Positions 37,419-46,718 of a stretch of DNA of 64,000 bases are shown here, one piece after another. Source of the DNA: an uncultured bacterium (GTDB lineage: Bacteria > Cloacimonadota > Cloacimonadia > Cloacimonadales > TCS61); the NCBI GenBank assembly GCA_965370415.1, contig CBDUTJ010000013.1, positions 2,030-66,029 of the forward strand. Direction: 5' to 3'. A program made the translations under genes and the position numbers. The notes under the pieces are model-generated. The model did not search any database, was not told the DNA's origin, and was given only the letters and a program-made list of their open reading frames with translations. How positions within the stretch are numbered: the first letter of the stretch is position 1; each line of letters opens with the position of its first letter.

Positions 37419-38534
37419 CTATCCCATATGTATCACCTCACCAAAAGGTGGTTTGAAGTTAGCTTTATCTGTTAGAATCCACAAAGTCGGATAATCAGGT
37501 GGTTCCGGAAATGAATCGCAATATCCATCTGTGAAATAGATAACACAGGATGGCAAAATATCTTCTTGCTCAATATAAGCAAATCCCGGTTTGAAGTCTG
37601 TACCACCACCCCCTTTGGCATGAAGCTGGAAATCATAAATATCGATGGTTTCGATATTAGCTACTTTGGAATCCACATAGATGACCTTGATCTCTGTCCC
37701 CGGATAAATAGACAAAATTGCCTGTAATTCAGCTGCAAATATATCCAGTTCTTTCTGTGAGACCGAACCGCTGGTATCAATAATAACAGCAATTGTTCCG
37801 AGCGTGGGAACATTAAGCCCGGGAAGATACAATCCGGAATACAGATAACGCTTATTGGGCTGTTTCCAAGTATAATCATTCCTGGCATTTTCTGTAATGA
37901 AGCGAGATAATATCTCTTTCCAATTAAGCTTCGGTTGTAAGGTCTCCTGGATCATTCTCTCCAGACCAGCCGGAAGTTTACCCTGAGCCTTGGCAACCGC
38001 TGCTGCACGTGCTATTGTTATTTTGCAGTTCTTGATCTGCTGGGGAAGAGTGTTTGCGTGGCTACTCTTACTATTGCTCCTGTCCTGCTTGTAATCTCTC
38101 ACTTCGCCCATGAGGGCAACTGCAACTGGTATTTTAATGGATTTGGGAAGTTGGTTATAGATCACTTCTGCTTCCAGATCCTTGAACTTAGAATCAGATA
38201 ATGCTCCTTCGGGAAGTGAAAATCCGGAATCTTTAACGATGGGATTAACTGCATAATCGCAGGCAACATTCCACTTAAGATGTTCTCTGCTGTTTTTTCT
38301 GAAAGGATGGAGCATAGCGATATGAAGAACTTCATGACAGATGACGGCCTTTAATTCGGCATTTGATAGTTTATCAATAAACTGAGGATTATAACCCAGT
38401 ACTACCGAATCCGTATAAGCTGTCTCACATTCAGTGTCTTCCTCCAACCTCAATTGAAGAGCAATAGAGGCAAAAAAAGGGCTTGAAAGAACCAGTCCCG
38501 CTCTCGCTTTGGTTAGTTTCTTTATTGTTTCCAT
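37419..38534 (-). CDS. zincin-like metallopeptidase (HExxH) fused to a VWA domain (DUF2201-like architecture)
   Basis: AVICHEVLHIAMLH contains HExxH. AVIIDTSGSVS is a DxSxS MIDAS motif. 371 aa, with its start 1 nt after the upstream stop. Confidence 0.8.
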   Translation of the reverse strand: METIKKLTKARAGLVLSSPFFASIALQLRLEEDTECETAYTDSVVLGYNPQFIDKLSNAELKAVICHEVLHIAMLHPFRKNSREHLKWNVACDYAVNPIVKDSGFSLPEGALSDSKFKDLEAEVIYNQLPKSIKIPVAVALMGEVRDYKQDRSNSKSSHANTLPQQIKNCKITIARAAAVAKAQGKLPAGLERMIQETLQPKLNWKEILSRFITENARNDYTWKQPNKRYLYSGLYLPGLNVPTLGTIAVIIDTSGSVSQKELDIFAAELQAILSIYPGTEIKVIYVDSKVANIETIDIYDFQLHAKGGGGTDFKPGFAYIEQEDILPSCVIYFTDGYCDSFPEPPDYPTLWILTDKANFKPPFGEVIHMG

Positions 38535-38535
38535 A

Positions 38536-39042
38536 TTACCCCGCTTTAGCTAATTTTTTTTCTGTCTCTTTTTTCTTCTTCGCTTTTTTCATCTTTATCC
38601 TGTTGAACACTTTCTCTGCATCACTATGTAGATCGGCTTTTTCGTAAGTTTCATATAAGTAGCGGTCTTCCAGCATAGCCTCCAACACTTTTTTCGAAAT
38701 ATCCTTGAAATATTCAACAGCATAATGATACAGGTTGGGTTTTTCGCTATTATCTGATATTATCATATGCTTTAGTATCTGATCTTTCTGGAGGAAATTT
38801 TCTTCATCAGCATAATCACCTGCAATTACAATTCTATCGCCAGCCCAACTACCGATTATGGGGTCATCTGAGTGAAGATCACCTCCGCCGCGTCCGTTTC
38901 CATCTGATAGCAATACAGCCAGCGCTGTCATGGTCCCTTCTCTACTACAGCCAAATTCCAGGAGCTTTGCCCCATCATTGAAGGTATAGGTATTCAGAAA
39001 TTCCTGCTTATCGAGATTAACTATCTTGTAATATTGTCCCAT
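38536..39042 (-). CDS. hypothetical protein (168 aa), conserved-looking, function unknown
   Basis: MGQYYKIVNLDKQEFL...LLSDGNGRGGGDLHSDDPIIGSWAGDRIVIAGDYADEE..., with a lysine-rich tail. ATG at 39042 with GGAGGA upstream. Confidence 0.6.
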   Translation of the reverse strand: MGQYYKIVNLDKQEFLNTYTFNDGAKLLEFGCSREGTMTALAVLLSDGNGRGGGDLHSDDPIIGSWAGDRIVIAGDYADEENFLQKDQILKHMIISDNSEKPNLYHYAVEYFKDISKKVLEAMLEDRYLYETYEKADLHSDAEKVFNRIKMKKAKKKKETEKKLAKAG

Positions 39043-39054
39043 ATATTCCTCCAC

Positions 39055-39903
39055 TTAAGCTGCCGGCAGGTAATGCCGCATCTTATTCAGGATCTTCTGT
39101 GCTTCCATAGCGGTTTTGTTCCTGATATTGTCATCTTCTCTCAATGTTTGAGGATCGTGTTTGGTAAGTTTAGTTTTGATCTCCTGAACCGAAGATTCAA
39201 GATCCGGATCATCTGTGATATTGAGTTTAGGAAGAAGGTCACATAACTCGCTGATATTGTTCACAAGACTATTTTTGAATTTATTGTCGACTTTCTTCAA
39301 CCTCTCCACCATGTGTTCTACAACCTTGAATAATCTCTGCCAGAGATCTTTCATGGCTGTTTCGGTTGCTTCTCTCACCTGTTCTTCAATCGATTCTTTT
39401 ATGGCTTCGATCTCCTCATTATTTAGATTAACCCGGAAATCATCTGCGACGGGTACCGGAGATACCTGGGTTGAGAACGAATATTTTGTGTTTAATGTTA
39501 AAACATCAGGGTAATCTTCTTCATCATACATGCTGTTCAATCTGTGCTGCGCTTCACTCTTCAAAGCAGGATAAGCTCTGATGAAATTCTCAACCTCATT
39601 TTCATACTGATCCTGAAACTTCCGAATAGAATTTACATAGTTGAAGTAATTTGCTGCTGGTAAGAGCCGTCCCCCATTATCCAGCCAGGGAAGAGTATTG
39701 TCATAATGAAAGTTCCTGGCTTCTGAAGCTATCTTCTGAATCTTACATATTGAAGCTTTAGCAATAAGTAGTTTATTATATCTACCCGCATCCTTGGAAT
39801 TATGAATACTTTCAACTTCCTCCGATATCTTACGATCATATTTTCTGGCTGTCCAGGCACCAATATTCAGATAAATTAACATCGTTTTTTCAGTTAAAGA
39901 CAT
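39055..39903 (-). CDS. hypothetical protein, DUF3150-like (tentative)
   Basis: Start reassigned to the ATG at 39903 (AAAGGAGGA RBS), 20 nt after the AAA+ gene stop. MSLTEKTMLIYLNIGAWTARKYDRKISEEV...RLLPAANYFNYVNSIRKFQDQYENEV.NFI..Y recalls DUF3150 from memory only. Confidence 0.55.
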   Translation of the reverse strand: MSLTEKTMLIYLNIGAWTARKYDRKISEEVESIHNSKDAGRYNKLLIAKASICKIQKIASEARNFHYDNTLPWLDNGGRLLPAANYFNYVNSIRKFQDQYENEVENFIRAYPALKSEAQHRLNSMYDEEDYPDVLTLNTKYSFSTQVSPVPVADDFRVNLNNEEIEAIKESIEEQVREATETAMKDLWQRLFKVVEHMVERLKKVDNKFKNSLVNNISELCDLLPKLNITDDPDLESSVQEIKTKLTKHDPQTLREDDNIRNKTAMEAQKILNKMRHYLPAA

Positions 39904-39922
39904 GTTATCCTCCTTTATTTTT

Positions 39923-40924
39923 TTACAACACCACATCAGCGTGTTTGATCGCCCATGCAGAGAACTCTTTCGTATTCGCCAGTGACTTGTTCCGTTTGAT
40001 TGCATCTTTGATCAATAAGACCTGGAACTCTCCAGGCAAACGATTGGTAAACCTGATGATATTGGCGAAGTTCTTTTTATCAGCTTTGGCTGAAAGAGCA
40101 CCACAGACCGCATAGAGAGTGGATGGTTCAGTGGGAACTTCCGCCTTATCAGGGTGAGCGATCAGCTTCTCAATATCGGGGAGTTCCTTATATACCTTCA
40201 GAAATCCCAGGAACTCTGCTGCAAAGCCCTCTCCTGCTGCTCCCGAGATCATTTCGAATTCAGTATCTTGGGGCAAACCTGCATTCATCATCTTACCTAC
40301 ATAAGCTACCGTTCTGGGATTTGGTGTGTTGATGATATCAGCTGTAGGTTTAAAGTCGTGTAGCAAATTAGGTCTAAACCTGATAAAAGCTATCAGTTCT
40401 GTTGGCATATTATTATTAATTGCCCACTCTACCCAGTCATCAATATTAACATCTAATTCTAAAATAGCAGAGAATCTACTCTTCACCGGTTCCAGTATTC
40501 CCTGAACTGCTGCTCTATCTTGTCTTCTGTTAGTAGCAGCAAGGAAGATTACATGCTCTGAAACCTTATGACCATTGATTTTACGTGCCAACAGTAGGTG
40601 CATACAAGATGCTTGAACTGATGCCGGAGCCTGTCCCAGGTCATCGAGAAAGAAGACAGTAGGCTTTTCTGCTTTTATTAATTGAAGCAGATCACCAAAG
40701 GGTAAAAAAGTTGCTTCTGTTCCGTCTTTAATTGGAAACGGCAATCCTTTGAAATCAGTTGGGTCAGATACTACAGGATGGTTAACTATAAGCTCAGTGC
40801 CTGTCTCCAGACAGGCTTGAGTTAAAATTTCTGTCTTTCCTATACCCGGGCTTCCTTTAATAAGCAATGGATATTTGTTTTTAATAGCAAATTTAATTGC
40901 CTGGTTTAATTGTTTTGGACGCAT
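39923..40924 (-). CDS. MoxR/CobS-class AAA+ ATPase (AAA_5-like)
   Basis: Walker A LIKGSPGIGKTE, Walker B VFFLDDLGQA, sensor-1-like FLAATNR. Start at MRPKQLNQ (AAAGGAGAA RBS). Confidence 0.85.
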   Translation of the reverse strand: MRPKQLNQAIKFAIKNKYPLLIKGSPGIGKTEILTQACLETGTELIVNHPVVSDPTDFKGLPFPIKDGTEATFLPFGDLLQLIKAEKPTVFFLDDLGQAPASVQASCMHLLLARKINGHKVSEHVIFLAATNRRQDRAAVQGILEPVKSRFSAILELDVNIDDWVEWAINNNMPTELIAFIRFRPNLLHDFKPTADIINTPNPRTVAYVGKMMNAGLPQDTEFEMISGAAGEGFAAEFLGFLKVYKELPDIEKLIAHPDKAEVPTEPSTLYAVCGALSAKADKKNFANIIRFTNRLPGEFQVLLIKDAIKRNKSLANTKEFSAWAIKHADVVL

Positions 40925-40954
40925 ATTATTTTCTCCTTTATTGTTTTTGGACAT

Positions 40955-40979
40955 AAAAAAAAGCCGGATTTTCACCGGC
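40955..40979 (-). terminator. rho-independent terminator between the 116-aa gene and the AAA+ gene
   Basis: Minus-sense GCCGG-TGAAAAT-CCGGC followed by TTTTTTTT, only about 30 nt before the AAA+ start codon. Confidence 0.65.
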
Positions 40980-41009
40980 GTTATGTTTTGAAATTATTTA
41001 CTTCAACTT

Positions 41010-41360
41010 TTATTCTACAGGTTCACCTTTTTTTCTTTCATAGACAAGATTATAAGCGATCCCTTTTTCAATACGATATCCCCATTTTGAACTATCTTCT
41101 CCGATAAATTCAATGTCTCCATCTTCCAAAAAGGAAGCCAGTTTCCTGATCCATTTTTCATCATGAGACCACTTGGCATACAAGTCCTCACAACAGAACC
41201 AGCCATCATCGTCAAGCTCCAACCAGTCCAATTCATATTCCCAATCTTCAGCTATATTAGCAGAGATTTTAAGTTTTATCTCAGACAGGAGTCCACGGAC
41301 ATCTTTCATGCAGTCATCTTTTACACAGGGATCTATGATTAAAGTGCTGTAATATCCCAT
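41010..41360 (-). CDS. hypothetical acidic 116-aa protein
   Basis: ORF with GGAGG RBS. DWEYELDWLELDDDGWFCCEDLYAKWSHDEKWIRKLASFLEDGDIEFIGEDSSKWGY. No family recognised. Confidence 0.55.
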   Translation of the reverse strand: MGYYSTLIIDPCVKDDCMKDVRGLLSEIKLKISANIAEDWEYELDWLELDDDGWFCCEDLYAKWSHDEKWIRKLASFLEDGDIEFIGEDSSKWGYRIEKGIAYNLVYERKKGEPVE

Positions 41361-41371
41361 GACGAAACCTC

Positions 41372-42130
41372 CTAAACTGCTTCTTTCATTTTGTCGATCA
41401 GAAGCTGGGCTTTGAGTTCACGACTGATGTCTTTTTCAATTTCAGTGATAGAAATAACTTTTCTCCAGCTTCCCATAGAGGGCAGACGTCCTACTCTCTG
41501 TTTATCAGTATCTAGATTTTCATCGAAGAAGGTTATTACATCAACGATCTGCTCATAATCGAAGTGTGAACCATTCAGCTCTACCCGTAGCTTACCTGAC
41601 TTGAGTCTTCTGATGGAAAAGTCTGAAGTGTAACTGTGATGGTCTTTATTCCGCAGATATTCCTCAACAGTAATATTGGCATTATTGCCAGCGTATGAGG
41701 TAATATATTGGATCTTGCCGCAAGTCAGCAGAGGCCACTCGGCTGAATATGAGGTATCTTCATAATTTAGTCCTTCCACATATCCTGCATCCAGCCAGAA
41801 CTCTTGCTCAATAAGCGACAACGCCTTTTCCACCTTCATCTTTTTCCAGAGGAACTGGGAGTATTGATCACCTTGCGGAAATCCCTCAAAATAACAGCCA
41901 TAGGCGATCATTCCTTTTTTCTTCTGTAAGATCAGAACCGCATTCCCGGGATTGCAGGCATAGGCAGCAGGGCGGGCATCCTTCTCTACATAGCTGAGAA
42001 TAGTCCTGGTATTGCTGTAAGCAACCTTATGAGCCCACCTGTTAGTAAAGCTGCCGACTACTCCGTGTCTATCCACAAGACTCAGGATCTCACTGATCCT
42101 GGGCATTTTTTTTATATCTGATACTATCAT
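41372..42130 (-). CDS. hypothetical 252-aa protein
   Basis: ORF with AAAGGAG RBS. No family recognised. Confidence 0.55.
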   Translation of the reverse strand: MIVSDIKKMPRISEILSLVDRHGVVGSFTNRWAHKVAYSNTRTILSYVEKDARPAAYACNPGNAVLILQKKKGMIAYGCYFEGFPQGDQYSQFLWKKMKVEKALSLIEQEFWLDAGYVEGLNYEDTSYSAEWPLLTCGKIQYITSYAGNNANITVEEYLRNKDHHSYTSDFSIRRLKSGKLRVELNGSHFDYEQIVDVITFFDENLDTDKQRVGRLPSMGSWRKVISITEIEKDISRELKAQLLIDKMKEAV

Positions 42131-42195
42131 ATTTGCTCCTTTGTTTTTTTAATGGTTATGGAATCAGCAGTAATTGTCAGAACTAAAATTATGTC

Positions 42196-42384
42196 TCAAT
42201 TTCTTAATTTGGAATTAGCAAAAATCCATTCAATTTCATATTTATGCTTATGTTCACCTGGCACAAATTTAAAGTTATCTCCATCTATTTCAGTTCGATT
42301 CTTCATATCGATATCCTGTTGATTATCGATAAATTTGGACGGTATAAAACCAATCTTGATAGCATCGATGTTATAAGTGCTCAT
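42196..42384 (-). CDS. hypothetical small protein (62 aa)
   Basis: ORF preceded by AAAGGAGGAGC. No homology recognised. Confidence 0.35.
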   Translation of the reverse strand: MSTYNIDAIKIGFIPSKFIDNQQDIDMKNRTEIDGDNFKFVPGEHKHKYEIEWIFANSKLRN

Positions 42385-42411
42385 TTACATGCTCCTCCTT
42401 TCCTGCTCTTG

Positions 42412-42609
42412 CTATTTTGTTGTCTTGTTTTGCCTGAATTTTGATGTAACTTTAATGGTAGTTTTTATATCTCTGTCGAACCAGAGATAAATATAACCTC
42501 TTTTCTTGGCTTCTTTGATCAGTTCCCGGAAACGGTCAGAATAGTTTCTGTAATAACCGTTATCAAATAAGACATAATAGACAGCACCTTCTTCCCGGGT
42601 ATATATCAC
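42412..42609 (-). CDS. hypothetical small protein (65 aa), overlaps the recombinase 3' end
   Basis: GTG-start ORF ...EEGAVYYVLFDNGYYRNYSDRFRELIKEAKKRGYIYLWFDRD, with a globular-looking composition. It overlaps the recombinase ORF by 47 nt in another frame. Confidence 0.3.
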   Translation of the reverse strand: MIYTREEGAVYYVLFDNGYYRNYSDRFRELIKEAKKRGYIYLWFDRDIKTTIKVTSKFRQNKTTK

Positions 42610-43933
42610 TCAAAAATAACATTTTGCTATCATAGTTTCTTGTTGTCCAAAGATCACTTAATTTATTTATCTCTTTAAAGTTCATTATTATATCACGAAT
42701 ATTCAATAAGGCATTAGAGAATTGATTGAATTTCTTATTATTGCGTGCTTTAAGATTATTGAGATATTCTAACTCCGCATTATATAGATCATCAATCTCT
42801 GCAATACTAACCTTTAGGTTATGCTTAACAATATTCTTAATCTCATCATCAATTAATTTATTCTCATCTATGGTATCTTCTCTTATTTCTATTATTTTTT
42901 TTTGAAATAACTGTATGTAGTTTAGAAAGTCGTAGACATAGCCTACTGTGTCTGGATTAACGTAATCAAAGGTGTCTAAATATTTAACGAATTCCATATG
43001 GAGAAGTTCATTTTTCATACTGATATTACATTTGTTACAATTATAGTAAATCCGCGAACCTGTAAAAGAATGTCCACAATTCTCACATAAAAGCCAATTA
43101 CGTAAAGGAAGGTCTTCATTTTTTAGCATTCTTTTCTTCCTTTTCTTTCTATTAGTTTTACTCGTTATCAATTTTTGAACAGCATTATATGTGCTAATAT
43201 TTATAATCGGAGGTATATTTCCCTTTTTCCACTTACCCTTATTATCCTTCACGTATCCAGCATATTTTTTGTTCTTTAGCCTAAACCTTAACGTATTATA
43301 ATGAATCTCCCCATATCCTTCTTTATATAGCTCTGATTGGATTTCTTCGATGGAATAACCCGCCAAAGCCAAGGAAAATATCCTTTTGATTTCATTTTTA
43401 TCATCAGGATTGATACTTAAACGACCCTTACTACCATCGAATACAATTTTGTAACCTGTTGCAGGTCTTCCCCATGATTTACCATTCGATATTTTATTTT
43501 GTATAGCCTGTTCAGTAGTTTTTGAATTAATAATTATCTCTAATTCTCCTTCTACGGCTATTTTTGCAAAAGTTAAATACGATTCTTTACCACGAAGTTT
43601 GGAGTGGGTACAGTCAATAAACTCAATCTTATATTTCTTTAAAATCTTAATTAGATTAATTGCAATTTCAGCTGACCGAGCCATGCGCTTACTATCAGCA
43701 ACAATCAGATAACCAATTTCTTTTTTATTTTGATGGATGAATGCTTCCATTGCATTTAATTCACTTCTTCCTGGATTATCACCTTTAGCTACTTCAGAAA
43801 ATATCTTTAATACACTTGAATTTAATTTTTCCACTTGCGAACGACAGACCTTCTTTTGGTGAGTTAGCGTGTTGTTCTTAGAAAATTGTCTTTGTGTGCT
43901 AAGACGAGAATAGATTAAGGATTTCTTCATCAA
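42563..43933 (-). CDS. large serine recombinase
   Basis: N-terminal resolvase catalytic pattern LIYSRLSTQRQ...GYLIVADSKRMARS, a recombinase-domain region, and Cys pairs (CENCGHSF...YYNCNKCN) typical of the zinc-ribbon insert. 456 aa. Confidence 0.8.
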   Translation of the reverse strand: MMKKSLIYSRLSTQRQFSKNNTLTHQKKVCRSQVEKLNSSVLKIFSEVAKGDNPGRSELNAMEAFIHQNKKEIGYLIVADSKRMARSAEIAINLIKILKKYKIEFIDCTHSKLRGKESYLTFAKIAVEGELEIIINSKTTEQAIQNKISNGKSWGRPATGYKIVFDGSKGRLSINPDDKNEIKRIFSLALAGYSIEEIQSELYKEGYGEIHYNTLRFRLKNKKYAGYVKDNKGKWKKGNIPPIINISTYNAVQKLITSKTNRKKRKKRMLKNEDLPLRNWLLCENCGHSFTGSRIYYNCNKCNISMKNELLHMEFVKYLDTFDYVNPDTVGYVYDFLNYIQLFQKKIIEIREDTIDENKLIDDEIKNIVKHNLKVSIAEIDDLYNAELEYLNNLKARNNKKFNQFSNALLNIRDIIMNFKEINKLSDLWTTRNYDSKMLFLSDIYPGRRCCLLCLI

Positions 43934-44432
43934 CTATCTCTAATTAATATTCCATTACAGGTAACGGTAAGCTAACATGATATTATTATACGCCCTAAGG
44001 AGGGATCTAACCGTAACTCCTTATATAGCACGGTTCTGTAAAGCACGTAATCTCTTTCCATCATAATCATAAAAATGGATATTATCACCATAAAAAATCC
44101 TCTATATTTCCTCAATGGAAAACGTTATCCCCTTTAAGCCCGCGTTATAAGCAAGACTACATGCCTTATACCTAATCTGTTTTACAAGAAAGCTAATTCA
44201 TAATTCTTTAAAGAACTCTGATTCATTTTATTATATTTCAAAACCGAGATGTGAAGTCACTAATTTTATTGTCAAATGAATTTCTTCGATGGATTGTGCA
44301 TAATAATATCACTCTCTGAATTACAATAGCCCCAAATGATCTATACTTTTTTGTAAATTTAAATAAAAAAATGGAAAAGCATACAGCACAGGAAAATCGA
44401 AAGACTGGAACCGGGGTTGCGATTTGATCTCA

Positions 44433-44570
44433 ATGGGAAAATACATAAAACGGGATGAAGGATTAAGATTGAAACCTTACCGATGCCAAGCCAAGAAATT
44501 GAAAATTGGTTATGACCTGAACCTAGAAGCAAGGGGAATATCTATTAAAAAAGCTGAAGATAAAAAATAA
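44433..44570 (+). pseudogene. short fragment resembling the N-terminus of a phage-type (GH24-like) lysozyme
   Basis: Manual translation MGKYIKRDEGLRLKPYRCQAKKLKIGYDLNLEARGISIKKAEDKK* resembles the EG.RLKPY.C.AGK.TIGYG.NL...GIS..EA motif, but it is only 45 aa. Confidence 0.3.
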
Positions 44571-44603
44571 AAAAGGGGCTGTGGCTCATGTTATAATCAA
44601 GAT

Positions 44604-45167
44604 TCAATAATGTTGGTGATGATGAACAAGTATATCTTTTATTGATTTTTTTATCTTTCGAATGCAATTACTACTATCAATATTCATGGGATATATCAAT
44701 TCAATTTCTTCCCCGAATTTCACTCTTACCAGTTCCTCACTTGTTTGCTCATAGTTTCTTATCTTAAGCTGCGGTACATCATGCCTCAATTGAACAGAGC
44801 TTCTTTCTTGCACAAAAGGAAATTTTACAGAGTTTTTTACATCTTTAATTGTTTCTAAGGGAGACTTTTTAAGTAGTGTAGATTGATCTTTCTTATTTAA
44901 TTGTTTTAATGATCTTCTCCCGGCTTCTTTCTTCACCTGTACAAAATCCAAGTCTTGAATCATTTCCTTGATCCGCTTCAAGGGATAGTGTTCTTCCTGC
45001 AGTTTCTTTATCAGAATAATGCGGTAAAGATGATCATCTGAATAAAAGCTGTTGATCCCTACTCCAGAGTGTGGTGGTATCAGTCTCTTGCCTATATAGT
45101 AATGCACTGTTCTTTTCGTAACCCCAGCTTTCAATGCCAGTTCCGATATTGTGTATCCTTTTTTCAT
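44604..45167 (-). CDS. MerR-family-like HTH protein
   Basis: N-terminus YTISELALKAGVTKRTVHYYIGKRLIPP is a MerR-type HTH. Confidence 0.75.
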   Translation of the reverse strand: MKKGYTISELALKAGVTKRTVHYYIGKRLIPPHSGVGINSFYSDDHLYRIILIKKLQEEHYPLKRIKEMIQDLDFVQVKKEAGRRSLKQLNKKDQSTLLKKSPLETIKDVKNSVKFPFVQERSSVQLRHDVPQLKIRNYEQTSEELVRVKFGEEIELIYPMNIDSSNCIRKIKKSIKDILVHHHQHY

Positions 45168-45685
45168 ATCATTACCCCCAATAAATTACGATGAAAAAAT
45201 AACACCACTACGTAACGGTGTCAAGTAATTTCATAATCTCGGGGCTTCATCATGCTGTGAGCGAATATGGGGTGGCAGGAGATTTGTTATAAAATGACAA
45301 TCTGATGACAGAAAAAAACAACATCGGTTAGCTGAATCCTGCCTTTCAAAAACTGCTTAAAAGCAAAAGGATGGGAAATGAACCCACACAAAGCTAAAAC
45401 GGGCTGCATGGAACCTCATTGCAAAGAAACAGACTGTACCACCAACGCAAGAATATCTACGTTCTGTGGCGTTATTTTTTACAGGGCCAAAAGAATAAGC
45501 GTCGTTACCTCTCCCGGCACAGGGAGCTATTATCACTAGGATCAATATCCATCCTCAAAAAAGTGATCCGAATCCTACAGGTTCCCTAGTTAAAGATCAA
45601 GGAAGCTGTACCTATTGTTGCAGATAAATATTAATTTCATCAATTTAAAAAAGATACATTTAGATTATGTGTCTCGAGGATTATT

Positions 45686-46696
45686 TTATTTAGACGTTCT
45701 TCTAGCTGATCTTTTCCTTTTACTTCTATCCCTCCTTTTTTCAAGATTTTCAATTTCCTCTTCTGTAAGTATTTTCCTTGAAGGATCAGCAATCCACTTA
45801 TCTAAATCATTTTTACTAAATATTAAGGACCGACCTAATTTGGAATGTGGAATTTGCTTTTTGCTCGTTAGCTGATATAATGTATTTTTTTTTATTCTTG
45901 TATAATCAGAGCATTCATCGATACTCATATAAGGAGTGTTGGTTTCAATTGTATTCCCAATATTAAGTTCAATTTTCTTTCCGTCTGCTACTCTGTACAC
46001 TTTCCTTAAATCATCTTCAATCTGTGGAATCCTTTTTTTAATTTCTGCATAGAATTCTGTTCCTGTATATATCGGCTTTTTTATTTCTATATTTTTATCT
46101 TTTATAAAATCTTTATATTCAAGATCTGTGAGCCAGATTGGTGGTATCATAGTGTATATAGGATGAATTCTGAAACTATCAGGGTGATAGGTAAATCCTT
46201 CTAAAAAAAGAGCGCCCATGCTTAACCAGACTTCCAAGATATTATTCATCCTGAAGAGTGGCTTTTGTTTTGATAATGTCCCCTCAAGCATGAATTTTCG
46301 TATTTCCTTTAGAAAGTGTGTATCATTTTTTCTTTCTCTGGAAAAATCAATTATCAACAAATATACTTGGACCATATATGCAAGAGATTGTACTCGTGAT
46401 ATTCCCTGGATTTTTGAAATAGAGCTTATTGCTGTATGGAGTTGAGTATAAGACTGATCATCGATATTTTCATCCAGCAGCAAAATATTATATCCTAATA
46501 ATATCTTTATCCTGTTTATCAGTGATTTTTCCAGAGAGTATTTTTGTGGAAGTTTTAGTAGACTTAAGTATATTTTAATTTCAGTTTTATTTTTCCTCTG
46601 ATATATTGTAAGTTTTAGCAACTCTTTTTTTTGTTCCTCGACCCATTGAGGTATAAAAGCAGCTAATTGTTTTAGAAATGAATTTTCATTTTTCAT
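45686..46696 (-). CDS. hypothetical protein with C-terminal excisionase-type HTH (HTH_17-like)
   Basis: MSIDECSDYTRIKKNTLYQLTSKKQIPHSKLGRSLIFSKNDLDKWI near the C-terminus, followed by a basic tail. Located directly downstream of the integrase gene. Confidence 0.65.
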   Translation of the reverse strand: MKNENSFLKQLAAFIPQWVEEQKKELLKLTIYQRKNKTEIKIYLSLLKLPQKYSLEKSLINRIKILLGYNILLLDENIDDQSYTQLHTAISSISKIQGISRVQSLAYMVQVYLLIIDFSRERKNDTHFLKEIRKFMLEGTLSKQKPLFRMNNILEVWLSMGALFLEGFTYHPDSFRIHPIYTMIPPIWLTDLEYKDFIKDKNIEIKKPIYTGTEFYAEIKKRIPQIEDDLRKVYRVADGKKIELNIGNTIETNTPYMSIDECSDYTRIKKNTLYQLTSKKQIPHSKLGRSLIFSKNDLDKWIADPSRKILTEEEIENLEKRRDRSKRKRSARRTSK

Positions 46697-46718
46697 AATA
46701 TATTATCTCCTTTTTTTA

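Noticed and set aside
44363-44386. AAAAAATGGAAAAGCATACAGCAC resembling the tRNA-Ala 3' junction AAAAAATGGTGGAGCATAGCGGGA (a possible degenerate att site)
   Set aside because: Only about 15 of the first 18 positions match and the A-rich part is low complexity. This is not distinguishable from chance by eye. It is worth a formal repeat search but not reportable as a feature.
45357-45545. 62-aa ORF in the non-coding stretch of the element
   Set aside because: No RBS and an implausible composition (MILVIIAPCAGRGNDAYSF...FVWVHFPSFCF). The region is better described as non-coding.
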